Assembly (NCBI GenBank): GCA_965197745.1
Contig: CBDANS010000007.1
Span: 1,628,306-1,692,305, forward strand
Source of the DNA: Opitutales bacterium
Lineage (GTDB): Bacteria > Verrucomicrobiota > Verrucomicrobiia > Opitutales > PNEW01
DNA: 64,000 nucleotides
Reading direction: 5' to 3'
In this document: one piece after another, positions 49,785-59,384 of the stretch
Layout: each line of letters begins with the position of its first letter
How positions within the stretch are numbered: position 1 is the first letter of the stretch
Made by a program: the position numbers and the translations under genes
The notes under the pieces: generated by a model
What the model saw: only the letters and a program-made list of their open reading frames with translations
Database searches by the model: none
What the model was told of the DNA's origin: nothing

Positions 49785-52358
49785 ATGAGTTCGCACCTAT
49801 TTTTTACCAAAATATTTAGATTAAACTGCTTGAAGTACTTTCTGGTGCTGAGTTTTGTGTTTTCGCTGTTCGCCTACCCGCGTGTCTTGGCTCAGGATGA
49901 GGAGATTGTGGAACTTGAAGAATTGGCAGTGGTCGGTTCGCGCAGTCCGTTCCGCACGGTTGCTGATTCTCCAGTGCCGGTAGATGTGATCGAAGCCGAG
50001 ATTTTCATCAACCTGCCCGATACGGATATGGACGATATGCTAAGAGCGATCATTCCCTCTTACAACGTCAACCAGCAACCCATCAGTGATGCCGCCACAC
50101 TGATGCGTCCGGCCAATCTTCGAGGGCTGCCCCCGGACGACACCCTGGTCTTAATCAATGGCAAACGGCGTCATCGAGGCAGCGTGATTACTTTTGGAGG
50201 AAGAGGTATTTCGGATGGGGCACAGGGACCTGATCTTTCTGTTATCCCCGCCATTGCTCTTGATCGTGTGGAAGTCTTACACGACGGGGCATCAGCTCAG
50301 TACGGCTCTGACGCCATCGCCGGAGTGATTAATTTCGTGCTCAAGGACAATCCCGATGGAGGGATGCTTAAAGCCCAATGGGGAGAGACCTACGTGGGCG
50401 ACGGTGATACTTTCACCATGGCCACGAACATGGGCCTGCCCTTGACCGACACAGGTTTTGCGAACTTCAGTCTCGAATACAAAGAAGCCCAACCGACCAG
50501 CCGCAGCGTTCAGCGTGCCGACGCCCAGGTGCTGATCGACGCGGGCAACACTGCGGTGCGCACCCCTGCAGCCCAGATCTGGGGAGCTCCGGAGATTAAA
50601 TACGACTTTAAATTCTTTGCCAATATGGGCCTCGACCTGGGCAACAGCGAAGTCTACTCCTTTGCCAACTGGGCAAAACGGGAGATCGAAGGAGGCTTCT
50701 TTTTCCGTAATCCCAACACCCGCGACGGGGTGTTCAGAGGGCCGGTGGTAGAGGGCTCCCCCACCATCTTAGTGGCTGATTTTACAGGTAACAACTCTCC
50801 TCCCATGGTCAAAGTTATCGACAACGTGCCCGATGCGGCCGCTCTAGACGCAGTCGCTGCCAACCCCAACTACTTTGCCTTTAACGAGCGCTTTCCCGGT
50901 GGGTTTACCCCTCAGTTTGGCGGCACCATCACCGACGTGAGTCTCGCTTTCGGACTCCGCGGGGAGTCGGACAGCAACTGGTTCTATGACTTGAGCGCTG
51001 TTTTCGGCCGAAACAATGTGGAATTTTACATGGAAAACACGATCAATCCACAACTGGCCACCCAAAAAAACAACATCCCCACCCAATACAAACCCGGCGC
51101 CTACACCGAGACCGATCGCGTTGTCAATTTAGACCTCTCCAGGCAATTCGACAATGATATTTTCCATTCCCCTCTCAATGTCGCTTTTGGATTGGAGTAT
51201 CGCGGCGAAAATTTCAAGATCGAAAACGGGGATCTTAATTCTTTCTTTATCGACCCCATCCTCGCCGCCCAGGGTTTCGGGATTGGCTCCAACGGCTTTC
51301 CGGGGTTCAAGCCGGAGGATGCGGGGGAGGCTGACAGGGTCAGTTACGCCGCCTACCTCGACTTCGAAGCCGACGTGGTCAAGAATCTTTTAGTCGGTGC
51401 AGCGGTTCGCTATGAGGACTATGAAGACTTCGGCAACGCCTTAAACGGCAAGATAACCGCTCGCAGACAGCTGACCGATAACTTTGCCCTGCGCGGCTCG
51501 TTGAGCACCGGGTTCCGCGCCCCGACGGTAGGTCAATCGAGCGTTCGCAATGTGAACACTTCCTTCACCAATGGAAGGTTGGCAGATCAGGCGACCCTGC
51601 CGCCCACCAATCCCATTTCGGTGCAAAAGGGTGGCAGGTTGCTGGAGCCGGAAACCTCCACTAATGTTGCCCTCGGCACAGTGTTCAACCTTGGGGAACT
51701 CGACTTGAGCGTCGACTATTACAACATCACGTTGGAAGACCGGATCGCGCTCACCAGTGTCCAGATTTTAACCCAGGAAGATATTGACGCGCTGCTGGCT
51801 CAGGGAGTCGCCGATGCCTCCAGTTTCACCGGAATAAGATTCTTTACCAACGATTTTGATACCACCACCCAGGGAATTGACATCGTGGCCTCTTACTCCA
51901 CAGATCGATTTGGCGGCGACAATACGCTCTTCAGCTTCGCGGCGAACTGGACGGAGACCAAGGTTGACAGGTTCAATCCGGAGATCATCGATCCGCTGGT
52001 GCGGGTAGGACAACTGGAAAAATCCCTGCCGGAAGTCCGCTTCTCCATGACCGCTAACCACTACCAAGGGCCTTGGCGCTTCCTCGGACGCGTCCAATAC
52101 TATGACGACTTCCTGGAGTTCCATGGGAATCAGGCTTCCCTGCCCATCAACGCCACTGCCAAGTGGCTTTTTGACGCGGAGGTGGCATACACTTTCAACG
52201 AGAGGGTAACCTTTGTGGCGGGCGCGCAGAACCTTTTTGACAATTATCCGACCGAGAATCCCCATGCGGAGATTCTGGGGGCGAAATATCCTAGGGTTTC
52301 GCCCTATGGATTTAACGGCGGATTCTATTACTTCAAGGCCATTTGGAAATTCCGTTAA
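49785..52358 (+). CDS. TonB-dependent outer-membrane receptor
   Basis: Signal peptide, plug (ELAVVGSR..., NGKRRH, DRVEVLHDGASAQYGSDAIAGVINF) and a long beta-barrel with a terminal aromatic region (YYFKAIWKFR). G+C-rich. Confidence 0.9.
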   Translation: MSSHLFFTKIFRLNCLKYFLVLSFVFSLFAYPRVLAQDEEIVELEELAVVGSRSPFRTVADSPVPVDVIEAEIFINLPDTDMDDMLRAIIPSYNVNQQPISDAATLMRPANLRGLPPDDTLVLINGKRRHRGSVITFGGRGISDGAQGPDLSVIPAIALDRVEVLHDGASAQYGSDAIAGVINFVLKDNPDGGMLKAQWGETYVGDGDTFTMATNMGLPLTDTGFANFSLEYKEAQPTSRSVQRADAQVLIDAGNTAVRTPAAQIWGAPEIKYDFKFFANMGLDLGNSEVYSFANWAKREIEGGFFFRNPNTRDGVFRGPVVEGSPTILVADFTGNNSPPMVKVIDNVPDAAALDAVAANPNYFAFNERFPGGFTPQFGGTITDVSLAFGLRGESDSNWFYDLSAVFGRNNVEFYMENTINPQLATQKNNIPTQYKPGAYTETDRVVNLDLSRQFDNDIFHSPLNVAFGLEYRGENFKIENGDLNSFFIDPILAAQGFGIGSNGFPGFKPEDAGEADRVSYAAYLDFEADVVKNLLVGAAVRYEDYEDFGNALNGKITARRQLTDNFALRGSLSTGFRAPTVGQSSVRNVNTSFTNGRLADQATLPPTNPISVQKGGRLLEPETSTNVALGTVFNLGELDLSVDYYNITLEDRIALTSVQILTQEDIDALLAQGVADASSFTGIRFFTNDFDTTTQGIDIVASYSTDRFGGDNTLFSFAANWTETKVDRFNPEIIDPLVRVGQLEKSLPEVRFSMTANHYQGPWRFLGRVQYYDDFLEFHGNQASLPINATAKWLFDAEVAYTFNERVTFVAGAQNLFDNYPTENPHAEILGAKYPRVSPYGFNGGFYYFKAIWKFR

Positions 52359-52456
52359 CTTTTCCCCCTATTGTTCCCACTCTCCATCGATATCTCAACG
52401 CCCTAAAAAGGCGCCAGAGGAACGCACGGTTCAAAGATGGTACCTTTTGCAGGGTG

Positions 52457-53639
52457 TGATATGCTCCCATTTACTAGACCAAGCTCAGTGTTAGGATTTG
52501 CTGGTTGGAGGGGGGCGGTTATCAGTTTGCATATGGCTTGCTGGGCGTATTCGGCCGGAGGTCGCCGGAGGCCGATAGCCCAGCGAGCTGCGTAGTCTTT
52601 GAGTATTATAATCGAGGCGGTATGGTGTAAGCTTTTCCCGTGCCTCAGTCAGGGAAAAGAAGATCTCTGGGTTAAGGAGTTCGTCGCGTAGCTTGCCATT
52701 GAAGAACTCAATGTAAGCGTTCTCTGGTCGGTCTACCTGAGAACTCGGGCCCGCTATCGACGGTGATGGCCTTGGGTAAACCACCGGTGTTTACCGATGC
52801 TCTCTCCAGCACCTCGATGACTTTGCCGGCGTCGATGGACTGATCGGCGTAGAGCACCGGGCAGAGCGGTCATAGCGATCCACTACTGTAAGCACCCGGA
52901 AACACCGCCCATCCGCCAACTTACCCTCCATGAAGTCCATGCTCCTGTGTTGGCGTGAGGCTCGGGCTTGAGCCAACTGCACCTGTGGCAGGGAAGCCCA
53001 CTTCTTACGTTTTTGGATGCGCACTTCCAGCCCCCTCGGCCTTGTAGGTGACGTAGACACGCTTTGTGGCCCACCCGGCCAGCATCTCGCTTTAGCAAAC
53101 ACTGTCGGACGCCGATAACCGTAACGCATGCGCAATGCTGCCAGATCGCCGATACGCACGGACAGAGCTCGATCGTCCGGTTTTGGCTTGGGCCAACACA
53201 TAAAGCTTGACCCGTTAAGTTGCAGCAGCCTGAACCCGCAACGGTAGCTGATCTCGAAGACCTCAGCGGCCTTACCCACCAGCTGCACCTTGCGTACAGG
53301 CTTCAGAGCTATATTGAGACGATCTCCTGCAGGATATGTTTGTCCAGGTTCAGGTCGACCACCAGCTTACGTAAGCTGTTGTTCTCGTCTTCCGGCTTCT
53401 TCAACCGGGGTAGCTCGCTTACGCCTATGCCGCATACTGCTTCTTCCAGCGGTAGTAGGTCTGCTCCGAGACTCCTGGCTCGCGACACACATCGGCGATC
53501 CTGCGACCGCTGTCTGCTTGCCGCAAAGCGTAGATGATTTGTTCTTCTTTATAGTCTTTATAGCGTTTACCTTTGCTTTTCATAATGGACCGGGTTCCAT
53601 TCTATGAACCCCGATCCAACCCAATGGGATCAACCTGCA
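52457..53639 (-). mobile_element. IS-B lineage, copy 2 (degenerate)
   Basis: The right end TGATATGCTCCCATTTACTAGACCAAGCTCAGTG is homologous to the copy 1 right end. Transposase pieces: MKSKGKRYKDYKEEQIIYALR, MRYGYRRPTV, FRVLTVVDRYDR, AYIEFFNGKLRDELLNPEIFFSLTEAREKL. Confidence 0.7.
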
Positions 53640-53640
53640 T

Positions 53641-53950
53641 ACCCGGCGTTTGCTTACCTCATAAGCTTCCATTATCCACTTAGCTATCGACTTTTTGCGC
53701 AAAGGATTAATTTGCTGATTCCTAAACCTGTATATTTACACTTCCAACGGGGGTAAAGGCCTTGTTCGCACAACTCGGACCTTCGGTATCCCTTCGTCCG
53801 CCTTCTGCCTGCTTTATGAAATAGATCATTTGCTCTTTATGATAACGCATGCCTTTTCTACTGATGGGTGGTTTTTATCCTGTCTTTTATCAGGTTTTCC
53901 TCCCATGAAAGACTAAATCTTTGCTCGTCCAGTTTAATGGGGTCAGGTCA
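53641..53950 (-). mobile_element. IS-B lineage, 5' fragment with internal deletion (copy 3)
   Basis: Ends in GACTAAATCTTTGCTCGTCCAGTTTAATGGGGTCAGGTCA (left inverted repeat, homologous to 49741-49782). Contains orfA-5' and orfB-5' pieces only. Confidence 0.6.
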
Positions 53951-53986
53951 CAGTCCCTCTATTTTATTAAGCTTACTTAACTGATT

Positions 53987-54470
53987 CATCCCCGAGGGAC
54001 TATTCGCCAGAAACGATCTGCTTCCTCAGTAGTTACCAGGTCGAGATAGTAATTACGGATCACGGATTCAGAGTTGCTTGCCTGAGGTGCAGCGTCTCCT
54101 ACCGAGCGGAAGGACCCCACCGTCATCGAAATATAGGTATGCCGTAGGGCATTAGGTGGAGTTTGCGCTATTTACGGACATTAGCCTACATGTCGCGGAA
54201 TCTCCTTGTTGGTATGGTGAGGTAGCTGCCAGGAGGATACTTCTCCAACCAGAGGCTACGGGTGGGCTGGATTTTAACGGATCGCTTATCCTTTACTTTG
54301 GAGACATCCGGTTCGATAAGGATAACCCCGCTATCCCTATGGATGTGTTTAGGTTTGAGTTTGCTCATTTTACCGTGTTTCCAGTCAAGTCTGTAAACAA
54401 AGTTTTTCTTAATCTACTTCATAGGGAAATCTGGAGGTGCCATTACAGGTTCTGGTGCGATTAAACTTGT
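53987..54470 (-). pseudogene. Second tyrosine integrase, C-terminal half only, with in-frame stops and a frameshift
   Basis: The minus strand reads ..RLDWKHGKMSKLKPKHIHRDSGVILIEPDVSKVKDKRSVKI.. then *, then ..PPNALRHTYISMTVGSFRSVGDAAPQASNSESVIRNYYLDLVTTEEADRFWRIVPRG*. It is collinear with the 33.5-33.9 kb part of the first integrase. Confidence 0.65.
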
Positions 54471-54533
54471 CTCCACCGGGCGCATAAATTTATTGTTTTG
54501 CCTCACAAGGGTCTGTTAATCGAGATTATTAAA

Positions 54534-55052
54534 TTCACTCAAAAATTATTGACCGATTCCTGGCTGAACCTTACCAAAAAAGTATTCCTGCCCATTCCTG
54601 CCAAACATTTTGAGGCAAGGTCAGGAAATTAGAGGAAAATATAAATTATTATTGTGCCGTTATTTAAGTATAACTAATTGTTAATAAGCAGTTTATAAGG
54701 CATTATTGAGTCCCGTTCATAGTCGGTTTCATCGAGTCGTTTCACAACCGCTTACGCGATGTACCGAGGAACGTAGTGACGACATAGCGAAGCGCTCATG
54801 TTTGAACCCTGAAGTGTTGCTCAGCGTGGCTGAAGCGCAAGTTCTAATCGAACAATGGCGTCAGACCTATAACAATGAACATCCCCACCGTCGATCAGGC
54901 TTTCAAAGCCCACAAGAGTTTGTCACATTCCTTTCAGATCTTGGCCGCGTTCGGGCTACGCCCTCACTTCGCCAAGATCTCTCATATACATCAATCCTAA
55001 AACCATTAACACCCGGTAGCTCTCTCACTTAATAATTGGTACGAAAAACGGG
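54534..55052 (+). repeat. Duplicated composite segment S1 (about 200 bp AT-rich sequence fused to the last ~320 bp of IS-A)
   Basis: Homologous to 61098-61814. The junction ...cccgttcatagtc|ggtttcatcgag falls one codon after the T3 position. It ends in the IS-A right inverted repeat ...cggggtccaatca. Confidence 0.8.
54761..54798 (+). repeat. Short intragenic insert, type T1 (38 nt)
   Basis: gtaccgaggaacgtagtgacgacatagcgaagcgctca lies between NRLRD and CLNPEVLL. Confidence 0.85.
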
Positions 55053-55254
55053 GTCCAATCAGTTTTTTAGAATATAAATTTAAAAAAGCGGTAAGGATCA
55101 GCTGAAGCTCAGCCACTGCTGAGCTATTGCGATTAAGCACCGTGTTTCACCTAACTTATATCCTATGTATACTCTGCGCTCTCTGCGTCTCCGCGGGAAA
55201 ACATTTGCTGAACTGAATGTTGTATATTTAGATGTAACCCTATTAATCTAAGGC

Positions 55255-56853
55255 ATGATGGATCAACCGTTTCGACTGATATGGGAGGCTGAATGGAACG
55301 ACATCGCGTGCGTGGATTACCCGCTAACGCCGGAGCAATGGCTGGGCGAATGCATACGCCCGCTAGAGGGGACGCAGGTAGACTGCCTGCTCTACAACCT
55401 GTGCTCGTCGGACGCATACTGCTGTGACCTGGAGAGCGGCGAGATCCTGGGCGATGAGTTCGAGCAATTCCCGGATGCATGGGTTTGGCGCTATCGAGAG
55501 AATACCAAGAAGCTGATCGAGGCGAACGCGAACCCGCCAAAGCTTGCGTGTGAGTACGGGCGCCGCATGGGATTGAAGCTGATACCGGTCGTTCGCATGA
55601 ATGATCCACACGACCAGGCTTACAAGTACGAGGTCAGCCGGTTCAAAATGGCCAACCTGCATCTGCTCTTGGGTTACACCGGACCGGATTGGCAGCCGCC
55701 TTGGGGGACTTGGTGGCGAGCGCACCCCAATCCCGAGAGTATGGACGCCACCAATTGGGGACTGTTTGATTTTGCGCACAAAGAGGTCCGCGACCACAAA
55801 ATGGCCATCATCGAGGAGTTCATCACCCGATGGGACAACGACGGCATCGCGCTTGATTTCGAACGCGATCCTCGCTACTTCAAAGAGTTCGGCAAGGCGG
55901 AAAACGCCGTGCTTATCACGGACATAGTGCGGCAAACGCGCGAGCTTCTGGACCGCGTGAGCTGCGAACGTAGTCGACCCATGTACCTGCATGTGCGTGT
56001 CGTGGCGGATATCGACACGTGCTGGCAACGAGGACTGGACGTGCACACGTGGGTGAAAGAGGGATTGGTCGACGTCGTTGTGCCTGGCGCCGGATACATG
56101 TTATTCGATATGGACCTTGGTCCGTGGTTGGAACTGGTCGAAGGGCATGACTGCTGGATATTCCCCTGCGTGAACCACTGGAGAAAGACGGAAGTGACCC
56201 GCGCCTGGGCCAAGTTGATGTATCAACGGGGAGCGCATGGGCTGCAACTGTTCAACTTCGGGCACTTGCTCTACGGACACGGTATAGATACGCCACCGCA
56301 ATCCGAACGGACAGGGACGGTCTGGTACGACGATCTGCACCCGGAGTATTACCGTGTGCTGCACGAGATCCACGATCCGGGCGTGATTGCCTTTCTCAAC
56401 TGCGATTACGATCTCGATTCACATCCGCGCGCACCAAACCAGGGAGCTCATTCGGGACAGAACCACAGGACCTACCGGGGTATCGACGCGATCGTGCTCC
56501 CTGTGGAGCTGTCGGTTGGGTCACACGTCATCCCGTTCGGGATTGCCGATGATCTGGAAGCGGCGCGGCAACGGGCGCTGTCGCCGAGAGTCACCTTGCA
56601 CTTGCAGGTACACAACTTCACGCGGCCCGATGAGTATAAGGTCTCAGTTAACGGAAGCTTATTGCCGGGAGATGCTCGGAGCACTCGGGCGCAGTTTATC
56701 ATGGACAATTTTACCCGAATGACTTATCTCCTGCCGCCCGATGTCTTGAGGCTCGGTCAGAATGAATTGAAGATCGAAGTGGAACGCCTCAACCCGGCAA
56801 TTTGCGTGACTCCGCGGCTGGATCACGTCGAGATTCTCGTGCAATATGCCTGA
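55255..56853 (+). CDS. Hypothetical protein, possibly a glycoside-hydrolase-like TIM-barrel protein
   Basis: 532-aa G+C-rich ORF. The antisense ORFs look like shadows. Weak resemblance to GHL10-type proteins (alternating strand/helix pattern, GIALDFERD); function not established. Confidence 0.35.
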   Translation: MMDQPFRLIWEAEWNDIACVDYPLTPEQWLGECIRPLEGTQVDCLLYNLCSSDAYCCDLESGEILGDEFEQFPDAWVWRYRENTKKLIEANANPPKLACEYGRRMGLKLIPVVRMNDPHDQAYKYEVSRFKMANLHLLLGYTGPDWQPPWGTWWRAHPNPESMDATNWGLFDFAHKEVRDHKMAIIEEFITRWDNDGIALDFERDPRYFKEFGKAENAVLITDIVRQTRELLDRVSCERSRPMYLHVRVVADIDTCWQRGLDVHTWVKEGLVDVVVPGAGYMLFDMDLGPWLELVEGHDCWIFPCVNHWRKTEVTRAWAKLMYQRGAHGLQLFNFGHLLYGHGIDTPPQSERTGTVWYDDLHPEYYRVLHEIHDPGVIAFLNCDYDLDSHPRAPNQGAHSGQNHRTYRGIDAIVLPVELSVGSHVIPFGIADDLEAARQRALSPRVTLHLQVHNFTRPDEYKVSVNGSLLPGDARSTRAQFIMDNFTRMTYLLPPDVLRLGQNELKIEVERLNPAICVTPRLDHVEILVQYA

Positions 56854-56960
56854 GCGCACCCGTTTAGTGTGCTACATGCACAATTCAGAACAGATCAGAA
56901 TATTACTTCCGCGCTCTGGGTGTCAATCAGGCCGTCTCAATTGCGGATTGATTCCATTTG

Positions 56961-57240
56961 TCATCGCGAAGGAAGCGTAGCTGACTGTGGCTACCGAGCG
57001 TGAAACGCGACATCTTCTATTCCAGGGGGCTGTCAATACGTGACCGACATCCTCCTGGAGTGGAAGATGTCGCTGAGCTCGGTAGCTTCGTCGCATTGCT
57101 CCTCGCAATGACAAGAGGATAATTACGAAGATAAGGATTATATTCGATAACCGTTAGACACAATCCGTAATCCGTACCGAGAGCTAAGCGCGACATCCCT
57201 CATTCCGCATTCCGTACCGAGGGCGAAGACCGACATCCAT
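56961..57240. repeat. Intergenic cluster of at least 6 copies (both orientations) of the [G/C]TACCGAG...GCGACAT short-repeat family
   Basis: Units: 56991-57017 ctaccgagcgtgaaacgcgacatcttc (+); 57061-57085 (-), which reads ctaccgagctcagcgacatcttcca; 57086-57113 (-); 57174-57198 gtaccgagagctaagcgcgacatcc (+); 57214-57238 gtaccgagggcgaagaccgacatcc (+). Partial units occur at 56961-56985 and 57034-57055. The cluster lies between two convergent genes. Confidence 0.75.
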
Positions 57241-57247
57241 AATCGTC

Positions 57248-57940
57248 TCACTCGATCGTTACCTCATCGACAGCAATGGTGATCTCATCACCCTCTTCAT
57301 TAACGAAGGTTGCATTGATATTTTGAGTCGGTTGAGGAGTGTTGTCAGATTTAAAATTGTTCTGCGTAATCAAGGTATCAAATTCTCGCGTCGTCGATCC
57401 GCTCTCCGCGACTACGATCGAAGCTCCATTTGTCTGTGCCAGGTCTCCTCCAGTGATCCGCAACCCGGGGTTGCTGGCCGGCACCGTGAAGGAACCTTCT
57501 CCAAACAGCAAATGTGGTACTGCATCGTCACTGGCATCGATGTCACCTACGGTTAAGCGTACTGCTATCGGTACTCCGCGTGCATCGACGCCTACTTTGC
57601 CGGTGTCTCCACTGAAGACAGTATTCGACAACTGAATCCCTCCCATCCCCGTGGAGTTGATCACTTCCACCAAGGTGACGTCGGCTTGCGCGTCATAAAC
57701 CTGTCCCTCGGGGAAGAGCGCCTGGTTCACCGCGTTGATCGATCCCACCGTAAAGATACTGAAGAAGGTACTGGAGTCAGCTCCATCGATGACTACGCTC
57801 GGCTTACCGGTCACGTACTCGACGGCCTGGTTGTAGCGTAGGGGTGGAGCCGGAGGCAGGAAGGTGGCCGGGTCCAAGATTACAGTAAAGGTCCCTGCGC
57901 CCGAGAACTCTACCTGCACAATGTCCTCATTTTCGTCCAT
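57248..57940 (-). CDS. Hypothetical beta-rich protein, probably the C-terminal part of a larger surface protein (5' end cut by IS-A copy B)
   Basis: The reading frame stays open upstream of the first Met into the IS terminus 15 bp away. Thr/Gly/Val-rich and G+C-rich. Confidence 0.5.
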   Translation of the reverse strand: MDENEDIVQVEFSGAGTFTVILDPATFLPPAPPLRYNQAVEYVTGKPSVVIDGADSSTFFSIFTVGSINAVNQALFPEGQVYDAQADVTLVEVINSTGMGGIQLSNTVFSGDTGKVGVDARGVPIAVRLTVGDIDASDDAVPHLLFGEGSFTVPASNPGLRITGGDLAQTNGASIVVAESGSTTREFDTLITQNNFKSDNTPQPTQNINATFVNEEGDEITIAVDEVTIE

Positions 57941-58217
57941 GAAGGAGACCCGTGTGATCGGACCCCGTTATTCGTACCAATTATTAAGTGAGAGAGTTAC
58001 CGGGTGTTAATGGTTTTAGGATTGATGTATATGAGAGATCCTGGCGCAGTGAGGGCGTAGCCCGAACGCGGCCAGGATCGGAAAGGAATCTGACAAACTC
58101 TTGTGGGCTTTTAAAGCCTAAACGACTGTGGGGATGTTCATTGTTATAGGTCTGACGCCATTGTTCGATTAGAACTTGCGCTTCAGCCACGCTGAGCAAC
58201 ACATCAGGGTTCAAACA

Positions 58218-58255
58218 TGAGCGCTTCGCTATGTCGTCACTACGTTCCTCGGTAC
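58218..58255 (-). repeat. Short intragenic insert, type T1
   Basis: Identical to the copy at 45238-45275. Confidence 0.85.
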
Positions 58256-58294
58256 ATCGCGTAAGCGGTTGTGAAACGACTCGATGAAACCGTT

Positions 58295-58339
58295 TGTTAT
58301 TCTCGCTTTGGCTCGTTGAGGTGTCGCTTCGCTCGGTAG
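58295..58339 (-). repeat. Short intragenic insert, type T3
   Basis: Same sequence and position as 45315-45359. Confidence 0.85.
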
Positions 58340-58417
58340 CCAGGGACTACCCGGATCGATATATATCGCCTTGATGTTTTTTTCACGCAACCACCGCTGT
58401 ACTTGATGAGCGATAAA

Positions 58418-58451
58418 TGGCTTCGCATGTCGTCGCTTTGCTCCTCGGAAC
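58418..58451 (-). repeat. Short intragenic insert, type T2
   Basis: The gene strand reads gttccgaggagcaaagcgacgacatgcgaagcca. Confidence 0.85.
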
Positions 58452-58577
58452 ACTGCCATTATCACTGCGGATATAGCTGGGAGCTCCCTCCTTTTCAATG
58501 GCCTCGCTAAGCACAGAGAGGACATCCGATGAGGTGAGTTGACGAGCTACCCGGATATCCAGACATTCACGCGTATA

Positions 58578-58622
58578 TGGCTTCGCTTCGCTTGAGTGTC
58601 GTCGCTTTCAGCTCCTCGGTAC
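58578..58622 (-). repeat. Short intragenic insert, type T4
   Basis: Same as 45598-45642 except for one base at its 3' end (..gaagcca versus ..gaagaca). Confidence 0.85.
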
Positions 58623-59050
58623 ATCGATCAGAGTCATCATCTTTAATGGACCGCCATTGTCTGTGCGATCATGGACAAAGTCCCAGGACCAAAGGTGATT
58701 GCGACCGGTTGCTTTAGGAGGCGACCCTGTAGAGACTCCTTGACGGTGTCTGCGCTTTTTTGGTGGCTTTACCTGTAAGCCCGAAGAACGTCGCACTGCC
58801 TGTACAAATTTCCTGCTCGCCGCCCAGCCTTCCTTCACCAGCAAGGCACGGATGCGCCGGTAACCGTAGCGGGGATGTTCCCAGGACAGGGTTACAATCC
58901 GCTCGGCCAACCGCTGAGCTTTCTTACTGGTCTGCCTGGGCCGGTAGCTGTACGTTGACCAACTGAGGCTGAGATAAGCACAAGCCCTCTAAAACGAGCA
59001 CAGCCCTCTCTCAGCCGCATCTTTTACTGCTCGCTTCTTCTGCTTGGGGC

Positions 59051-59317
59051 TCACCATTTTTTTGAGAGCGTTTCCTCCAACACCCGAAGCTTGAGCATTT
59101 GATCAGCGAGCATCTTCTTCAGCTCCGTATTCTCCTTTTCCAGCTCTTTAAATCGCTTCGCATCAGCCAGCTCCAAGGTGCCATACTTTTTGCCCCAGCG
59201 ATAGAAGGTCTGTTCACTTAGGTTGTTGCCGCGGCAGACTTCCTGCACGGTTTTGCCCGTATCGGGCTGCCGGAGTATTGCTATGATCTGTTCTGTTGTA
59301 TATCCTTTTCTTTTCAT
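59051..59317 (-). CDS. IS-A copy B orfA
   Basis: MKRKGYTTEQIIAILRQ.. with the leucine zipper intact. Confidence 0.8.
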   Translation of the reverse strand: MKRKGYTTEQIIAILRQPDTGKTVQEVCRGNNLSEQTFYRWGKKYGTLELADAKRFKELEKENTELKKMLADQMLKLRVLEETLSKKW

Positions 59318-59384
59318 TGAGGTTATCGGGTTATCCCCATAACCTCTCTCTGTTAATGATACCATTTTTGGGGGTCACTCCATT

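Larger units (their letters stand above)
57984..59057 (-). pseudogene. IS-A copy B orfB pseudogene
   Basis: Same order of readable segments as copy A, interrupted by T4, T2, T3 and T1. Confidence 0.8.
57955..59382 (-). mobile_element. IS3-family insertion sequence, lineage IS-A, copy B (same four short inserts as copy A)
   Basis: Ends TGATCGGACCCCGTTATTCGTACCAATTATTAAGTGAGAGAG and ...AATGATACCATTTTTGGGGGTCACTCCA. A7 run at 59057-59063. Confidence 0.85.

Noticed and set aside
55363-56046. A 227-aa minus-strand ORF (and several 90-110 aa ORFs) inside the 55255-56853 gene
   Set aside because: These are typical antisense shadows in high-G+C DNA. The plus-strand 532-aa ORF has a far more protein-like composition.
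56923-57114. A 63-aa ORF inside the intergenic repeat cluster
   Set aside because: It is composed entirely of translated repeat units, with no start context or homology.
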